A DNA stretch of 54,783 bases. Source: Tolypothrix carrinoi HA7290-LM1 (GTDB lineage: Bacteria; Cyanobacteriota; Cyanobacteriia; Cyanobacteriales; Nostocaceae). A program made the position numbers and the translations under genes. The stretch covers positions 1 to 54,783 of the forward strand of contig JAHHIK010000057.1 of assembly GCA_019358935.1 (NCBI GenBank), written 5' to 3'. Within the stretch, counting starts at the first letter, position 1, and every line of letters starts with the position of its first letter. The notes below the pieces were generated by a model. That model was given only the letters and a program-made list of their open reading frames with translations. It did no database searches and was not told the origin of the DNA. Positions 19,022 through 29,758 of this stretch are shown here, piece by piece.

Positions 19022-19126
19022 CTATTCGTCTTTCTTTTCGATGCGGGGAGGTTCGCGAAATGCGATCGCAAAGAAAAGAACTCCTATTGCCAAGGTCAAA
19101 ATCAAAATGTATGCAACGCTTTCCAT
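19022..19126 (-). CDS. psbT: Photosystem II protein T (not in ORF track)
   Basis: Manual translation [34 protein letters not shown], downstream of psbB. Confidence 0.97.
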   Translation of the reverse strand: MESVAYILILTLAIGVLFFAIAFREPPRIEKKDE

Positions 19127-19256
19127 ATCACAACTTCCTACCTATCCAGCCAGTCTAGTAATGATAGTGTACCAAGATACAGTCTATAAAGGATGAAGTA
19201 CGAAGATTTACAAACTTCTTCTTTTTTATACTTCATCCTTCATCATTCATCCTTTA

Positions 19257-20810
19257 TTAAGCTTCCTTGCGGCGGGTTGACTTGTCACCCACTTTCTGGA
19301 ATAGACCCCACTCAACTTGTTCTTCGAGGTCGGCGTCAACACCAGCAAACACGTCTCGGTAGATTGTTCGAGAACCGTGCCAGATGTGACCAAAGAAGAA
19401 CAAAAGAGCAAATACAGCATGAGCGAAGGTAAACCAACCTCTGGGACTGGTACGGAAGACTCCATCGGGTTTAGCGATCGCTAAATCGCCAAACCTGGTG
19501 CTTTGGTCTCCGTCAAACTGAAATGGTTCACCCAACTGTGCTAAACGTGCGTACTTCTTCACATCAGCTGGATCTTTAAAGCTTTCTCCGTTTAGTTCAC
19601 CACCGTAGAAGCTTACAGTCACACCAGCTTGCTCAAAGCTGTACTTTGATTCTGCCCGACGGAAAGGAATATCCGCACGGACAATACCATCAGCATCGGT
19701 CAAGATGACTGGGAAGGTTTCAAAGAAGTTCGGCAGACGACGCACTTCTAATTCCCGACCTTCACCGTCTTTGAAGACTGGATGACCCAACCAAGATAAA
19801 GCAATACCATTGGTTTTATTCATCGGTCCGACGCGGAACAAACCACCTTTAGCGGGGCTGTTGCCTACGTAGTCGTAGAATGCCAGTTTTTCGGGAATTC
19901 GTGACCAAGCTGCTGAAAGACTTGCACCATCGGCAACGTCAGCTTGTACGCGCCGATTAATTTCTTGTTTGAAGAAATCTTGATCCCATTGATAACGGGT
20001 CGGACCATACAGTTCAATTGGGGTGGTGGCGCTACCGTACCACATAGTACCGGCAACGACGAAGGCGGCAAAGAATACTGCGGCAATACTGCTAGAAAGT
20101 ACAGTTTCGATGTTCCCCATCCGCAAAGCTTTGTAAAGCCGTTCGGGGGGTCGTACTGTCAGGTGGAATAAGCCAGCAATAATACCAACCACCCCAGCAG
20201 CAATGTGGTGAGCCACTACGCCACCAGGATTATACGGGTTAAACCCAGCCGGTCCCCACTCTGGCGCCACTGCTTGAACGTGACCGGTTAAGCCGTAGGC
20301 ATCAGAAATCCACATCCCCGGTCCAAATAGCCCGGTGAGGTGAAAAGCACCAAAACCAAAACAAAGTAAACCAGATAAGAACAGGTGAATGCCAAACATT
20401 TTTGGCAAATCGAGAGCGGGTTCACCAGTGCGGGGGTCTTGGAAGAGTTCCAAATCCCAGTAAACCCAGTGCCAAACGGCGGCTAAGAATAATAGACCAG
20501 AAAGAACGATGTGAGCGGCGGCTACACCTTCAAATGACCAGAAACCAGGATCGTAACCTGGCTGACCTGCGACGTTCCAGCCACCCCAAGAGCCAATTAC
20601 GCCTAAGCGTGACATGAAGGGTATTACATACATCCCTTGACGCCACATTGGGTTGAGTACGGGATCGCTGGGGTCAAAAATAGCTAGTTCGTATAAAGCC
20701 ATCGAACCAGCCCAGCCTGCCACTAGGGCTGTGTGCATCAAGTGTACAGATATCAATCGCCCCGGATCGTTCAGAACGACTGTATGTACTCGGTACCAGG
20801 GTAGTCCCAT
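19257..20810 (-). CDS. psbB: Photosystem II CP47 chlorophyll-binding protein
   Basis: [28 protein letters not shown]-terminus, GAGGAG RBS. Confidence 0.99.
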   Translation of the reverse strand: MGLPWYRVHTVVLNDPGRLISVHLMHTALVAGWAGSMALYELAIFDPSDPVLNPMWRQGMYVIPFMSRLGVIGSWGGWNVAGQPGYDPGFWSFEGVAAAHIVLSGLLFLAAVWHWVYWDLELFQDPRTGEPALDLPKMFGIHLFLSGLLCFGFGAFHLTGLFGPGMWISDAYGLTGHVQAVAPEWGPAGFNPYNPGGVVAHHIAAGVVGIIAGLFHLTVRPPERLYKALRMGNIETVLSSSIAAVFFAAFVVAGTMWYGSATTPIELYGPTRYQWDQDFFKQEINRRVQADVADGASLSAAWSRIPEKLAFYDYVGNSPAKGGLFRVGPMNKTNGIALSWLGHPVFKDGEGRELEVRRLPNFFETFPVILTDADGIVRADIPFRRAESKYSFEQAGVTVSFYGGELNGESFKDPADVKKYARLAQLGEPFQFDGDQSTRFGDLAIAKPDGVFRTSPRGWFTFAHAVFALLFFFGHIWHGSRTIYRDVFAGVDADLEEQVEWGLFQKVGDKSTRRKEA

Positions 20811-21172
20811 TGACTACGCTCCTCCTCGATGAATTATGTTTACAAGCAAGTTTCGGTTTTTTGTTATTGCCACCAAATTTTTCAGATTGCCTTCACTCGT
20901 CAGACAATGTGAATAATTTAGCAATGCTCACACGAAGAAGGGAATCTTACCCCGGAGGGTAGCGATCGCCCGAAAACACCGCAACTGAATTTTATTTTAT
21001 AAAATCCACTTTTTGTTCCGGAAGAACAAGACAAACGTTTTTTAGGCGTTTGGGCGGTAATAGACGCTTTGCTATTGCAAGCGCAAAAATGAGAATGTTT
21101 TAAAAAGTGTAACTATTGATGGACTTGTTTGCAAGCGGGTAAGTGAATGCGATCGCGTAGCATTACGGATAG

Positions 21173-21316
21173 AGTGGGGAATGGGTAATGGGGATGGGGA
21201 AGACAAGGGAGACAAGGGGGATGGGGAAGACAAGGGAGAAATTTTTTTTTGTCCTCCTTGTCCTCCTTGTCCTCCTTGTCCCCCCTGCCCCCCTGCCCCC
21301 CTGCCCCCTTGTCCCC
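21173..21316. repeat. STRR-type short tandem repeats (7- and 9-mers) in inverted arrangement
   Basis: GACAAGGG units facing TTGTCCTCC and CCCCCTG tandem units. Confidence 0.85.
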
Positions 21317-21639
21317 TACTTCACAACCAAATCGATATTTTGCAGATGGCACCTCGTTTCGGCGCTACCTAAGCGCTCGATTACTTGCTCGGCACTCATT
21401 AGACGCTTCAGCACTACTTGACCGATGGGGGCTACTTGTTGGAGTGCTGTTGGCTTGACTTCGACGGTTAAAACGGCTTCTTCAACTCGGTAAAGCCATA
21501 ACAATTCATTTTGTTCTACTAGACAAATATTCATTTGCTGAATATCTGGTTGGCGTCGCCATGCGGTTATCTGCCATAATCCCTCAGATGCCCAAACTCT
21601 GCCAACTGTCCATCCCTCTGATAGAAAGAAGTACTTCAC
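21316..21639 (-). CDS. Conserved cyanobacterial hypothetical protein
   Basis: MKYFFLSEGWTVGRVW...IGQVVLKRLMSAEQVI, a family recalled upstream of psbB. Confidence 0.75.
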   Translation of the reverse strand: MKYFFLSEGWTVGRVWASEGLWQITAWRRQPDIQQMNICLVEQNELLWLYRVEEAVLTVEVKPTALQQVAPIGQVVLKRLMSAEQVIERLGSAETRCHLQNIDLVVK

Positions 21640-22032
21640 GCTCGTAAGTCCCGCTATTAGACTATCAATTTGCTGTTTACAATATCGCGATCGCGTTTCT
21701 TAATTATGTATCTACATGCAGTTTCTCAATAAAGCTATGCAAAAATATCATTTCCGTCAGCTTCAACTACGGTCAAAGCTTAACAAATCTCAAAAGAGCG
21801 GAAATCTGATTTTTTAACTAACTTTGTTATAAATTGTAATTTTTATTTAAAAAAAGTTTGAAGCGAACTGAAAATATCAAAATATATATTTTTGTTAAAT
21901 TTTTGTGTCAACGATGGCTAAGTTGCAGTCGGTATATTGCGAAGCTTTAAATACAGGCGGAAAAATTAAATAAAGTATTTAGGCACACATATAGTAAAAT
22001 AGCTCACCGCTAATATCAAAAATTTTAATGCT

Positions 22033-23679
22033 ATGACCTGGTTTTCCTTGTCACTAAAGCCGTGGGGTGGAATTACCAAATTCCTTTGTTTGTTTTGTTT
22101 ATGTTTATTGTTGATTGTTAGTTGCGGTAATCCCGAACAGACAGGGACTTCACCATCTGATGTGAATAATACAGGCAATGGTCGGATTACTGTAGGTACA
22201 ACGCAGAAGCCACGTACTCTCGATCCGGCTGATGCTTATGAGTTGGCATCGCTGGGTTTAGTGTATAACATGAGCGATCGCCTCTACACCTACGAACCAG
22301 GAAGCACCGAAATTAAGCCTCAATTGGCTACAGCATTACCGCAAATTAGTCAAGATGGTTTAACTTACACGATTCCCCTGCGTCAAAAAGTAGTTTTTCA
22401 CGATGGAACTCCTTTTAACGCAGAAGCAATGGCATTTAGTCTCAAGCGTTTTCTCCAAAATAAGGGAAAACCCTCTTTCTTGCTGGCAGATGTGGTGCAA
22501 TCAGTAAAAGCTACCGGAGATTATGAGTTAACCATCAAACTGAAAAAGCCTTTTGCAGCGTTTCCCTCACTATTAGCATTTTCTGGAGTTTGTCCTGTTT
22601 CCCCTAAAGTTTACGAAATTGGTGAAGGTAAATTTAAGCCGAATATTTTTGTCGGAACCGGTCCTTACAAATTAGCGAATTTTGGTCCCGATTCGGTGCA
22701 ATTTGATGTTTTTGATAAGTATTGGGGACAAAAGCCAGCTAATAACGGTATTAAATTGCAAATTCTCAGCAGTGGAGTGAATTTGTATAATGCTTTCCGG
22801 AAAAAGTCTGTAGATGTAGCTTACCTGTCGATGGACCCGGATCAAGTTCGCAGTTTGAAAGATAAAGCAAAAAACGGCGATTGGCAAGCGATTCCGATTC
22901 AGGGTAGCGTTATGAGTTATATGGCTCTGAATCAAAATCAAAAGCCTTTAGATAATCCAGTTGTCAGACAAGCGATCGCTTCCATGATTGACCGAGAGCA
23001 AATTAAAGAGCGAGTTTGGTATGGTCAAGCTGACCCAGCTTACAGTATGATACCGACAACTTTAAATGTTTACAAGCCAGTCTTTGAAAAGCAATATGGA
23101 GATGGCAACACCGAAAAAGCAAAACAACTGCTAATATCAGCTGGTTTCTCAAAAAGCAATCCGGCAAAGATAGAAATTTGGTATCCTTCTAGTTCTCCTC
23201 CTCGCAGTTTGGCAGCTATAGTACTCAAGGCTTTAGCTAAGAAAACAATGGATGGAATTTTGCAATTTGAAGTGATTGCTGTAGATTCCACAACATTTTT
23301 TCAACAAATTCCTAAAGGTTTGTATCCAGCAATTTTGCTCGATTGGTATCCTGACTTTTTAGATGCAGACAATTACATTCAACCGTTTCTCTCTTGCGAT
23401 AAAGGCTCAAGTGTGAAAGGATGTCTTGACGGTGCAAGTCAGTCTCAAGGCTCATTTTACTATAGCGATCGCATGAATAAACTCATTGACCAGCAGCGTC
23501 AAGAGCAAAATCCGGAAGTTCGTCAAAAAATCTTTACAGAAATTCAAGAATTAATCGCACTAGATGTGCCTTACGTTCCTTTATGGCAAAGTAAAGATTT
23601 TGTTTTTGCTCAAAAAGGTATGAATGGTGTCCAACTAGATCCTACCCAAAATTTGATATATAGAGCAATTAAAAAGTAG
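22033..23679 (+). CDS. Peptide/nickel ABC transporter substrate-binding lipoprotein (family 5)
   Basis: Lipobox IVSC, TLDPA, FHDGTPFNAE, VGTGPY. Confidence 0.92.
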   Translation: MTWFSLSLKPWGGITKFLCLFCLCLLLIVSCGNPEQTGTSPSDVNNTGNGRITVGTTQKPRTLDPADAYELASLGLVYNMSDRLYTYEPGSTEIKPQLATALPQISQDGLTYTIPLRQKVVFHDGTPFNAEAMAFSLKRFLQNKGKPSFLLADVVQSVKATGDYELTIKLKKPFAAFPSLLAFSGVCPVSPKVYEIGEGKFKPNIFVGTGPYKLANFGPDSVQFDVFDKYWGQKPANNGIKLQILSSGVNLYNAFRKKSVDVAYLSMDPDQVRSLKDKAKNGDWQAIPIQGSVMSYMALNQNQKPLDNPVVRQAIASMIDREQIKERVWYGQADPAYSMIPTTLNVYKPVFEKQYGDGNTEKAKQLLISAGFSKSNPAKIEIWYPSSSPPRSLAAIVLKALAKKTMDGILQFEVIAVDSTTFFQQIPKGLYPAILLDWYPDFLDADNYIQPFLSCDKGSSVKGCLDGASQSQGSFYYSDRMNKLIDQQRQEQNPEVRQKIFTEIQELIALDVPYVPLWQSKDFVFAQKGMNGVQLDPTQNLIYRAIKK

Positions 23680-23865
23680 GGAATGGGCATTGGGCAATGG
23701 GCAATGGGCAATGGCTAATGGAAAGAATTTCTCTTGAATCCAATCCCAATACCCAATACCCAATTCCCCATTACCCCTTCGGGTTCGCCAGTCGCCTGCG
23801 GAGGGAAACCCTCCCGCAGCGCTGGACTCACCATTACCCATTACCGATTACCAACTATCTACCAA
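23680..23865. repeat. STRR heptamer array with an inserted ~55-bp hairpin element
   Basis: GGGCAAT and CCCAATA units, and CCCTTCGGGTTCGCCAGTCGC...GCGCTGGACTC. Confidence 0.8.
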
Positions 23866-23869
23866 TATC

Positions 23870-24895
23870 ATGTCTCGTTCCAAAGCAATAACATATTACA
23901 TAACTTCGCGTTTGCTGTTAGCACCACTTCAACTGTTAACAATTATCACAATTGTATTTCTTTTATTAAGAGCAACACCAGGAGATCCAGCTGATGCAAT
24001 TCTTGGTGGACGCGCACCAGAAAGTGCTAAGGCAGAATTGCGAAAACAACTAGGTTTAAATCTACCTATAGGACTGCAATATCTAAACTATGTGGGAAAT
24101 CTATTGCATTTAGATATGGGAAGTTCTATCAGCAGTAGGGGACAGAAAGTTTGGGATATTATTTGGCAATTCTTTCCAGCAACAGCAGAATTAGCGGTAT
24201 TTAGTATTGCGATCGCTTTAATTGTCGGTATTACTGTCGGAACTATTTCTGCTTCTCGTCCCGGTACACCTCTTGATGTTGGAGGACGATTATTTGGTAT
24301 TATCACTTATTCACTTCCCATGTTTTGGGTAGGAATGATTTTGCAATTAATTTTTGCAGTTCAACTTGATTGGTTGCCGTTGGGAACACGCTTTCCGGCA
24401 ACTGTTCCCGCACCCAATCATATCACTGGTTTATATACAATAGATAGTTTATTTGGTGGTAATTTAACTCAGTTTTTTACGACTTTGTATTATCTGATTC
24501 TTCCGAGTTTTACCTTAGGGCTTTTGCTGAGTGGTATTTTTGAGCGGATTGTGCGAGTTAATTTAAAGCAAACCATGAAAGCAGATTATGTAGAAGCAGC
24601 TAGAGCAAGAGGTATTCCGGAGAAAAAGATTTTAGTCTCTCACGCTTTAAAAAATGCTTTAATTCCAGTAATTACAGTTTTAGGATTAACTTTTGCTTCT
24701 TTGTTAGGTGGAGCAATTTTAACCGAGGTAACATTTTCTTGGCCCGGATTAGCGAATCGATTGTATCAAGCGATTACCGAGCGCGATTATCCCACAGTAC
24801 AGGGAATCATGGTCTTTTTTGGAGCGATTGTCGTGGGTGCAAGCATTTTAATTGATATTTTAAATGCATATATAGACCCACGGATTAGATATTAG
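23870..24895 (+). CDS. Peptide ABC transporter permease (DppB-like)
   Basis: PGDPA, FPATAELA, EAA loop DYVEAARARG, HALKNALIP. Confidence 0.92.
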   Translation: MSRSKAITYYITSRLLLAPLQLLTIITIVFLLLRATPGDPADAILGGRAPESAKAELRKQLGLNLPIGLQYLNYVGNLLHLDMGSSISSRGQKVWDIIWQFFPATAELAVFSIAIALIVGITVGTISASRPGTPLDVGGRLFGIITYSLPMFWVGMILQLIFAVQLDWLPLGTRFPATVPAPNHITGLYTIDSLFGGNLTQFFTTLYYLILPSFTLGLLLSGIFERIVRVNLKQTMKADYVEAARARGIPEKKILVSHALKNALIPVITVLGLTFASLLGGAILTEVTFSWPGLANRLYQAITERDYPTVQGIMVFFGAIVVGASILIDILNAYIDPRIRY

Positions 24896-25035
24896 CAAAT
24901 AATTTGGCATTCCATAACCGTGGGATGAATCGTAGAGACGTTCCGGCGGAACGTCTCTACAATACGTTCAATTTTTGATATTATGTCACAAAATCATCCC
25001 CCCTACACACATCACTTGCTTCAAGAAAGTTGTGC

Positions 25036-25426
25036 TGAAGCTGTCGTGACATGTTATAAGGAAAATTCAAGCCGTCGTTACCACAACTGAAGCTGTGGTT
25101 ATGAATGCTGAAGCCGTCGTTACCACAACTTCAAGTGTTATAAGTAAAATTTAAGCCGTATTTAAGACAACTTAAGCTGTGCTTATCGATCCTAAAGCTG
25201 TCGTTACCACAACTTCAAGTGTGATAAGTAAAATTCAAGCCGTAGTTAACACAACTTAAGCTGTGGTTATGAATGCTGAAGCTGTCGTTACCACAACTTA
25301 CTCCCTTCCCGGTCTAAGATTACCTATAATTTTCCCTCTTTGCGTCTTTGCGACTTTGCGTGAGCCTAGAAATTCTTTCGGTAATCTTCTAGCGGAAAGG
25401 GAGTAAGCTGTGGTTATGAATGCTTC
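25036..25426. repeat. Degenerate 21-bp tandem array (84-bp higher-order period), interrupted by a MITE
   Basis: Units such as AAGCCGTCGTTACCACAACTG and AAGCTGTGGTTATGAATGCTG. Confidence 0.85.
25301..25403. mobile_element. 103-bp MITE with imperfect 24-bp TIRs and TA target duplication
   Basis: TA-CTCCCTTCCCGGTCTAAGATTACC...GGTAATCTTCTAGCGGAAAGGGAG-TA. Removal restores ACAACTTAAGCTGTGGTTATGAATGC, identical to an upstream unit. Confidence 0.85.
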
Positions 25427-25598
25427 AATCATTGCGATCGCACTATCCTCTAAAGTTAAATTAAACACGCACATACCAAAATATTTCTCTTCTCTCTGCG
25501 CTCTCTGCGCCTCTGCGGTTCATTAAACAGTATATTGTTCACAACCTCAAATCGCTGTACTTGGTATACTAATTCCTAATTAAACCTTTATACAATGC

Positions 25599-26915
25599 GT
25601 GGATAACAGTGATATTCCTGTAAAAATCCTGTTTTTAGTAGCCGATCCGAGTGATGAAGCTCGGTTGCGTTTATTGCAAGAGTTGCGAGATATTCGTGAA
25701 CGGCTGCAACTATCCAAACAGAGAGATAGATTTATATTAGAGTCCCGTGAATCCGTTCGCGTTGGGGATATAACACAGGCAATATTCGATGTCGAACCGC
25801 AAATAGTGCATTTCTCCGGACATGGAACAAGCACAGGTGAGCTTTACTTCGAGAGTTTAACAGGAAACTCGCAGCCTGTGCAAGCCGATGCTTTAGCAAA
25901 TTTATTTGAACAGTTAGCAGATAAAATCGATTGTGTAGTCTTGAACGCTTGTTATTCTGAGATTCAGGCTCAAGCGATCGCAAAACATATTAGATTTGTC
26001 ATTGGGATGAATCAAGCGATTGGAGATAAAGGAGCGATCGCCTTTTCTGTCGGTTTTTATAAAGCATTAGCCGCAAACCGTTCAATTGAAGAGGCTTATC
26101 AGTTTGGCTGTGTAGAAATTCAACTATATAATCTTCCAGAACATCTCAAACCAGTTATTTATATAAATCCCACCGCAAAGCCGAGAGTAAAAAAAATAAT
26201 TCCTAATCCCTTTATACCCCAAAATGGCAGAGTAGAACAGCCGCAACAGTTTTTTGGACGACAGCGAGAAATCCAAAGAGTATTTGAAGTGTTAAATAGT
26301 GGTAGTAGTGTAGCTTTAATCGGAAAAGATGGTATTGGCAAGTCTTCTCTGTTATGGGAGATTTGCCGAGTCGCAGAAAAGCGTCTTCAACACGAGCGTC
26401 AAGCAGTATTCTTTGATTTAAATGACGTTGGTGATGAAAAAGACTTCTACATTGCTTTGTGTGACAAGCTTGGTATCCCCGAAAGTAAAGGTTATAAACT
26501 AACTCGTAACTTGCGACAACGCGATAAAAAAGTACTCCTAGCTTTAGATAATGTGGGGAAGCTTACCTGGAAAAGATTTACTCGTCAAGTTCGCGATCAA
26601 CTGCGGGGTTTAGCTGAAGGGGGTGATGCTGCTCTGCGATTAATTCTAGCTGCTAATGAACCTCTGGAAGATTTGTTTAACGACAGTCACAATGATGGCA
26701 AAACATCACCGCTTGCAGGTATTTGCCAAGAAGAAAATATCCAACCTTGGGAGGATGCCATCATGCGTGATTTTATTGCGGCTCGTTTGGTGAATACTTC
26801 TGTGAGATTTGCTGAAGAGGAAATTATTCAACTTGTCCAAGAAAGTAGGGGACATCCTCGGAAGCTGATGCAACTGTGCTATCGAACTTATGCGCGGTAT
26901 GTGGAGGGTGTGTAA
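25599..26915 (+). CDS. CHAT (caspase-like) protease fused to STAND/AAA ATPase
   Basis: HFSGHG and VVLNACYS dyad, NPF..FFGRQRE, Walker A GKDGIGKS, SRGHP. Confidence 0.88.
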   Translation: MDNSDIPVKILFLVADPSDEARLRLLQELRDIRERLQLSKQRDRFILESRESVRVGDITQAIFDVEPQIVHFSGHGTSTGELYFESLTGNSQPVQADALANLFEQLADKIDCVVLNACYSEIQAQAIAKHIRFVIGMNQAIGDKGAIAFSVGFYKALAANRSIEEAYQFGCVEIQLYNLPEHLKPVIYINPTAKPRVKKIIPNPFIPQNGRVEQPQQFFGRQREIQRVFEVLNSGSSVALIGKDGIGKSSLLWEICRVAEKRLQHERQAVFFDLNDVGDEKDFYIALCDKLGIPESKGYKLTRNLRQRDKKVLLALDNVGKLTWKRFTRQVRDQLRGLAEGGDAALRLILAANEPLEDLFNDSHNDGKTSPLAGICQEENIQPWEDAIMRDFIAARLVNTSVRFAEEEIIQLVQESRGHPRKLMQLCYRTYARYVEGV

Positions 26916-26949
26916 TGAAATTGCATCTTGCACAATTGTTGTTTGTCGT

Positions 26950-27150
26950 CCACACCCGCCTCGGATTAAAATCCCAGGCTGATAGCGAAAGTCCACTCAA
27001 GTGGACTGTTGTCGGGTTTGGCAATTATATAGAGAAGATTTTAGCTATTGCTCAATTAATAAGGGTGCATACTTATCAGTTCCAATCTATCTTGATTTCA
27101 GTGCGTTGAAACGCACTTAAGCTATTAGCCCGAAATTTATTTCTGGGCGG
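26950..27150. repeat. Inverted pair of hairpin repeats (MITE/REP-like)
   Basis: CCGCCTCGGATTAAAATCCCAGGCTGATAGC..AAGTCCACTCAAGTGGACTG mirrored by CAGTGCGTTGAAACGCACTTAAGCTATTAGCCCGAAATTTATTTCTGGGCGG. Confidence 0.65.
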
Positions 27151-27216
27151 GAAAACAACGCAAAACCGACGTTTCGAGTTTGTCGTTCACACCCACCTGA
27201 GAATGCAAGGTATCCA

Positions 27217-29682
27217 ATGAACCAACAACGCCCAGTTCCCCGCCTAGACTTAGCGCCCAAACTCAAGCGCCCCCTCTCCCTGTGGAACCCGTTGGATTAT
27301 CTGCGCCTGTTGTACTGGGTATTTTACTTCCCCCAGGCTTTGCGATGGTATGTAGACAGATTTGGGGGTGGGTATATTCCTGAAGAGGGAATCAATTGGC
27401 GAAATCCCATTCAGCGTCAGTTACTTTTTCAGGGAGTGGTTTTAACAATTGTTACACCACTGCTTTTGTGTGTAATTCTTGAGCGAATAGGTGTTTCTAT
27501 TAATTGGTCCAACGTGGCGTTGGGCGTGGCGTTGGGCGTGGCGTTGGGCGTGGCATGGTGCGATACGTCGGGCGTGGCGTGGGGCGTGGCGTGGGGCGTG
27601 GCGTTGGGCGTGGCATGGGGCGTGGCGTGGGGCGTGGCGTTGGGCGTGGCATTGGGCGTGGCGTTGGGCGTGGCGTGGGGCGTGGCGATACTACGTCCAG
27701 AAAATTGGCTTTTAGGTCTACCTTTTTTTCTACAAACGTCCCAGAATAAAAAACGGGAAATTCCCCATGTCACCCCAATTCCCCTTTACTCTCTATCTTC
27801 TCGATTGAAAAGTTGGCTGCATCAAGACTGGGAAACTGGTTTATATAATGCCAATCAACTGCTGGCTTACACTCTGCAATTTATTCCTGTTGTTAAAGCT
27901 GTAAATGAGGTTTTGGCTGTAACGCCTCCAGAGCAAGTCATTTTTCGCGTAATCCAGTTAGCTGAAACCCCTTTTCATTGGCAGCTAGTGCGTTTTGCCT
28001 CTGCTTCTTTAAACGCAGCCCTAAAGTCAGAATTTATTAGAGGTATCTTTTTCTTAACCTCTAGCTGGACACGAACATTCCAGGCTGGTTTTTTTCTCAC
28101 TGATACACGCTTAGACACACCAGCCCGTGCTGCTGCGGCTGGTTTCTGGTATCTGTATGAAAAAAAACCACTAAAAGCAATGGAAGCTTTTGCAGTGGTA
28201 CGATCGCTTCTTTATGGCGAAGAAATGTTCATCCTCGCCGAAACTCTCGCAGCCTTTGATAAAGCTAAAACTGCAAACACCATTACTGCTATACAAATTC
28301 CTTCTTTCCCACAAGAACCGCTGCTGCGTCCAACAACTTGGGCAACACTCACATCTCTAAAGTGCGTAGTTGAAAATGCCCAACGTGTGCAGCGTAGTTC
28401 TTCCCGTTTTCAACGTTCCTCAGCCCTTGCCCGCGCTTTAGGGGAACTGAAAACTATTCTAGACAATCAGCAATCTTTGCCCAACGCGGAGCGAGATTTA
28501 ATTGTCAACATCGCCCAAACTTGGCAAGAAGCACTGTTAAATATTGCAGGTGAAGTAGGCGAAATTACCATTACCGAACCTGTAAATAATCCCTACGTTG
28601 CCGGGAACCCAGTGCAAGGCAACCTTTTCGTCGGACGGGAAGACGTGATCCGACAGATAAAAGAACTCTGGGTGACAAATCATCAACTCCGGTCTGTGGT
28701 AATCTACGGTCACAGACGCATGGGCAAAACCTCAATCTTGCGAAACGTCGCTAATTTTGTCAGTGCAAATGTACAGATAGCCTATGTCAACCTGCTAGAA
28801 GTGGGAGATGCACCCGAAGGAGTTGGAGAGGTAATGATGGCAATTTGTGATGCCATTTCTGAGGTGGTGCAAATTCCACCCCCAAGCAATGATGATTTGT
28901 TAAGTCTTCCCTTGCCGACTTTTAGAAGATATTTGGAACAGGTAGAGAAAAAACTAGGCGAAAACAGTTTAATTATCGCTTTAGACGAGTTTGAGCAAAT
29001 CGAGAAACTAATTGAAGCGAAGAAAATACCTGTAGATTTTATGGGATATCTGCGGGGGTTGGCGCACAAAAGCTCTAAAATTGCTTTTGCTTTAGCTGGT
29101 TTGCACACTTTGGAAGAAATGACAAGCGATTACTTCCAACCTTTTTACGCTAGCGTTATTACTATTCGCGTTTGTTTTATGGAAGCCGGCGCAACACGAG
29201 AGATTTTAGCAAATCCAGCTATTGAGGATTTTCCCCTCGACTATACCCCCGAAGCACTAGATAAAATCTACGACCTCACCCACGGACAACCTTATTTAGT
29301 GCAACTCGTGGGTTTTCAGTTAGTTCGTCGCTACAACGACCAAGTTTTTACCATGAGAAACCAACGCAACCCCCTTTTGACAGTCGAGGATGTGGAAGCT
29401 GTGATTAGCGATCGCGATTTCTTCAAAAAGGGAAGCGGCTATTTTAATGGTGTTTGGGGTCAAGCGGTGTGCGGTGCGGTTGGACAACATGATATACTCA
29501 GGATACTTGCACCTCACCCACAAGGGCTAACTCTGGATGCCTTAGTTCAATCTACAAACATGGATGAGGCAACTTTGCAAGAAGCCTTGAAAACTCTCAC
29601 GCGGCATGATGTAGTTAAAGAAATTGACGGATGCTGGCGAATTATTGTAGAACTTTTTCGCCTTTGGCTTTTACAATTGTAG
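27217..29682 (+). CDS. Membrane-repeat protein with C-terminal STAND/AAA ATPase and winged helix
   Basis: VA(L/W)G TM repeats, [15 protein letters not shown], Walker [25 protein letters not shown]. Confidence 0.88.
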   Translation: MNQQRPVPRLDLAPKLKRPLSLWNPLDYLRLLYWVFYFPQALRWYVDRFGGGYIPEEGINWRNPIQRQLLFQGVVLTIVTPLLLCVILERIGVSINWSNVALGVALGVALGVAWCDTSGVAWGVAWGVALGVAWGVAWGVALGVALGVALGVAWGVAILRPENWLLGLPFFLQTSQNKKREIPHVTPIPLYSLSSRLKSWLHQDWETGLYNANQLLAYTLQFIPVVKAVNEVLAVTPPEQVIFRVIQLAETPFHWQLVRFASASLNAALKSEFIRGIFFLTSSWTRTFQAGFFLTDTRLDTPARAAAAGFWYLYEKKPLKAMEAFAVVRSLLYGEEMFILAETLAAFDKAKTANTITAIQIPSFPQEPLLRPTTWATLTSLKCVVENAQRVQRSSSRFQRSSALARALGELKTILDNQQSLPNAERDLIVNIAQTWQEALLNIAGEVGEITITEPVNNPYVAGNPVQGNLFVGREDVIRQIKELWVTNHQLRSVVIYGHRRMGKTSILRNVANFVSANVQIAYVNLLEVGDAPEGVGEVMMAICDAISEVVQIPPPSNDDLLSLPLPTFRRYLEQVEKKLGENSLIIALDEFEQIEKLIEAKKIPVDFMGYLRGLAHKSSKIAFALAGLHTLEEMTSDYFQPFYASVITIRVCFMEAGATREILANPAIEDFPLDYTPEALDKIYDLTHGQPYLVQLVGFQLVRRYNDQVFTMRNQRNPLLTVEDVEAVISDRDFFKKGSGYFNGVWGQAVCGAVGQHDILRILAPHPQGLTLDALVQSTNMDEATLQEALKTLTRHDVVKEIDGCWRIIVELFRLWLLQL
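27514..27687 (+). repeat. 12-bp tandem coding repeat (about 14 units)
   Basis: GTGGCGT(T/G)GGGC units. Confidence 0.95.
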
Positions 29683-29758
29683 AGCATTTTTATCTCAAGC
29701 GTGACTTTTTTCTCCGAGAAAAATATACTCGAAATATATCGTTGATGCCAGAAGTCTC

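Noticed and set aside
19257..20810. Far-red (FaRLiP) psbB paralog
   Set aside because: It lies in the canonical psbB-psbT-rps1 context with no chlF, rfp or apc paralogs.
21113..21458. Pro/Cys/Gly-rich ORFs over STRR arrays (also 33725, 34891, 38696-38962)
   Set aside because: Low-complexity translations of intergenic heptamer and nonamer repeats.
27429..27773. GVGR, WRWA and HATP repeat ORFs
   Set aside because: Shadow frames of the stop-free 12-bp repeat inside the real gene.
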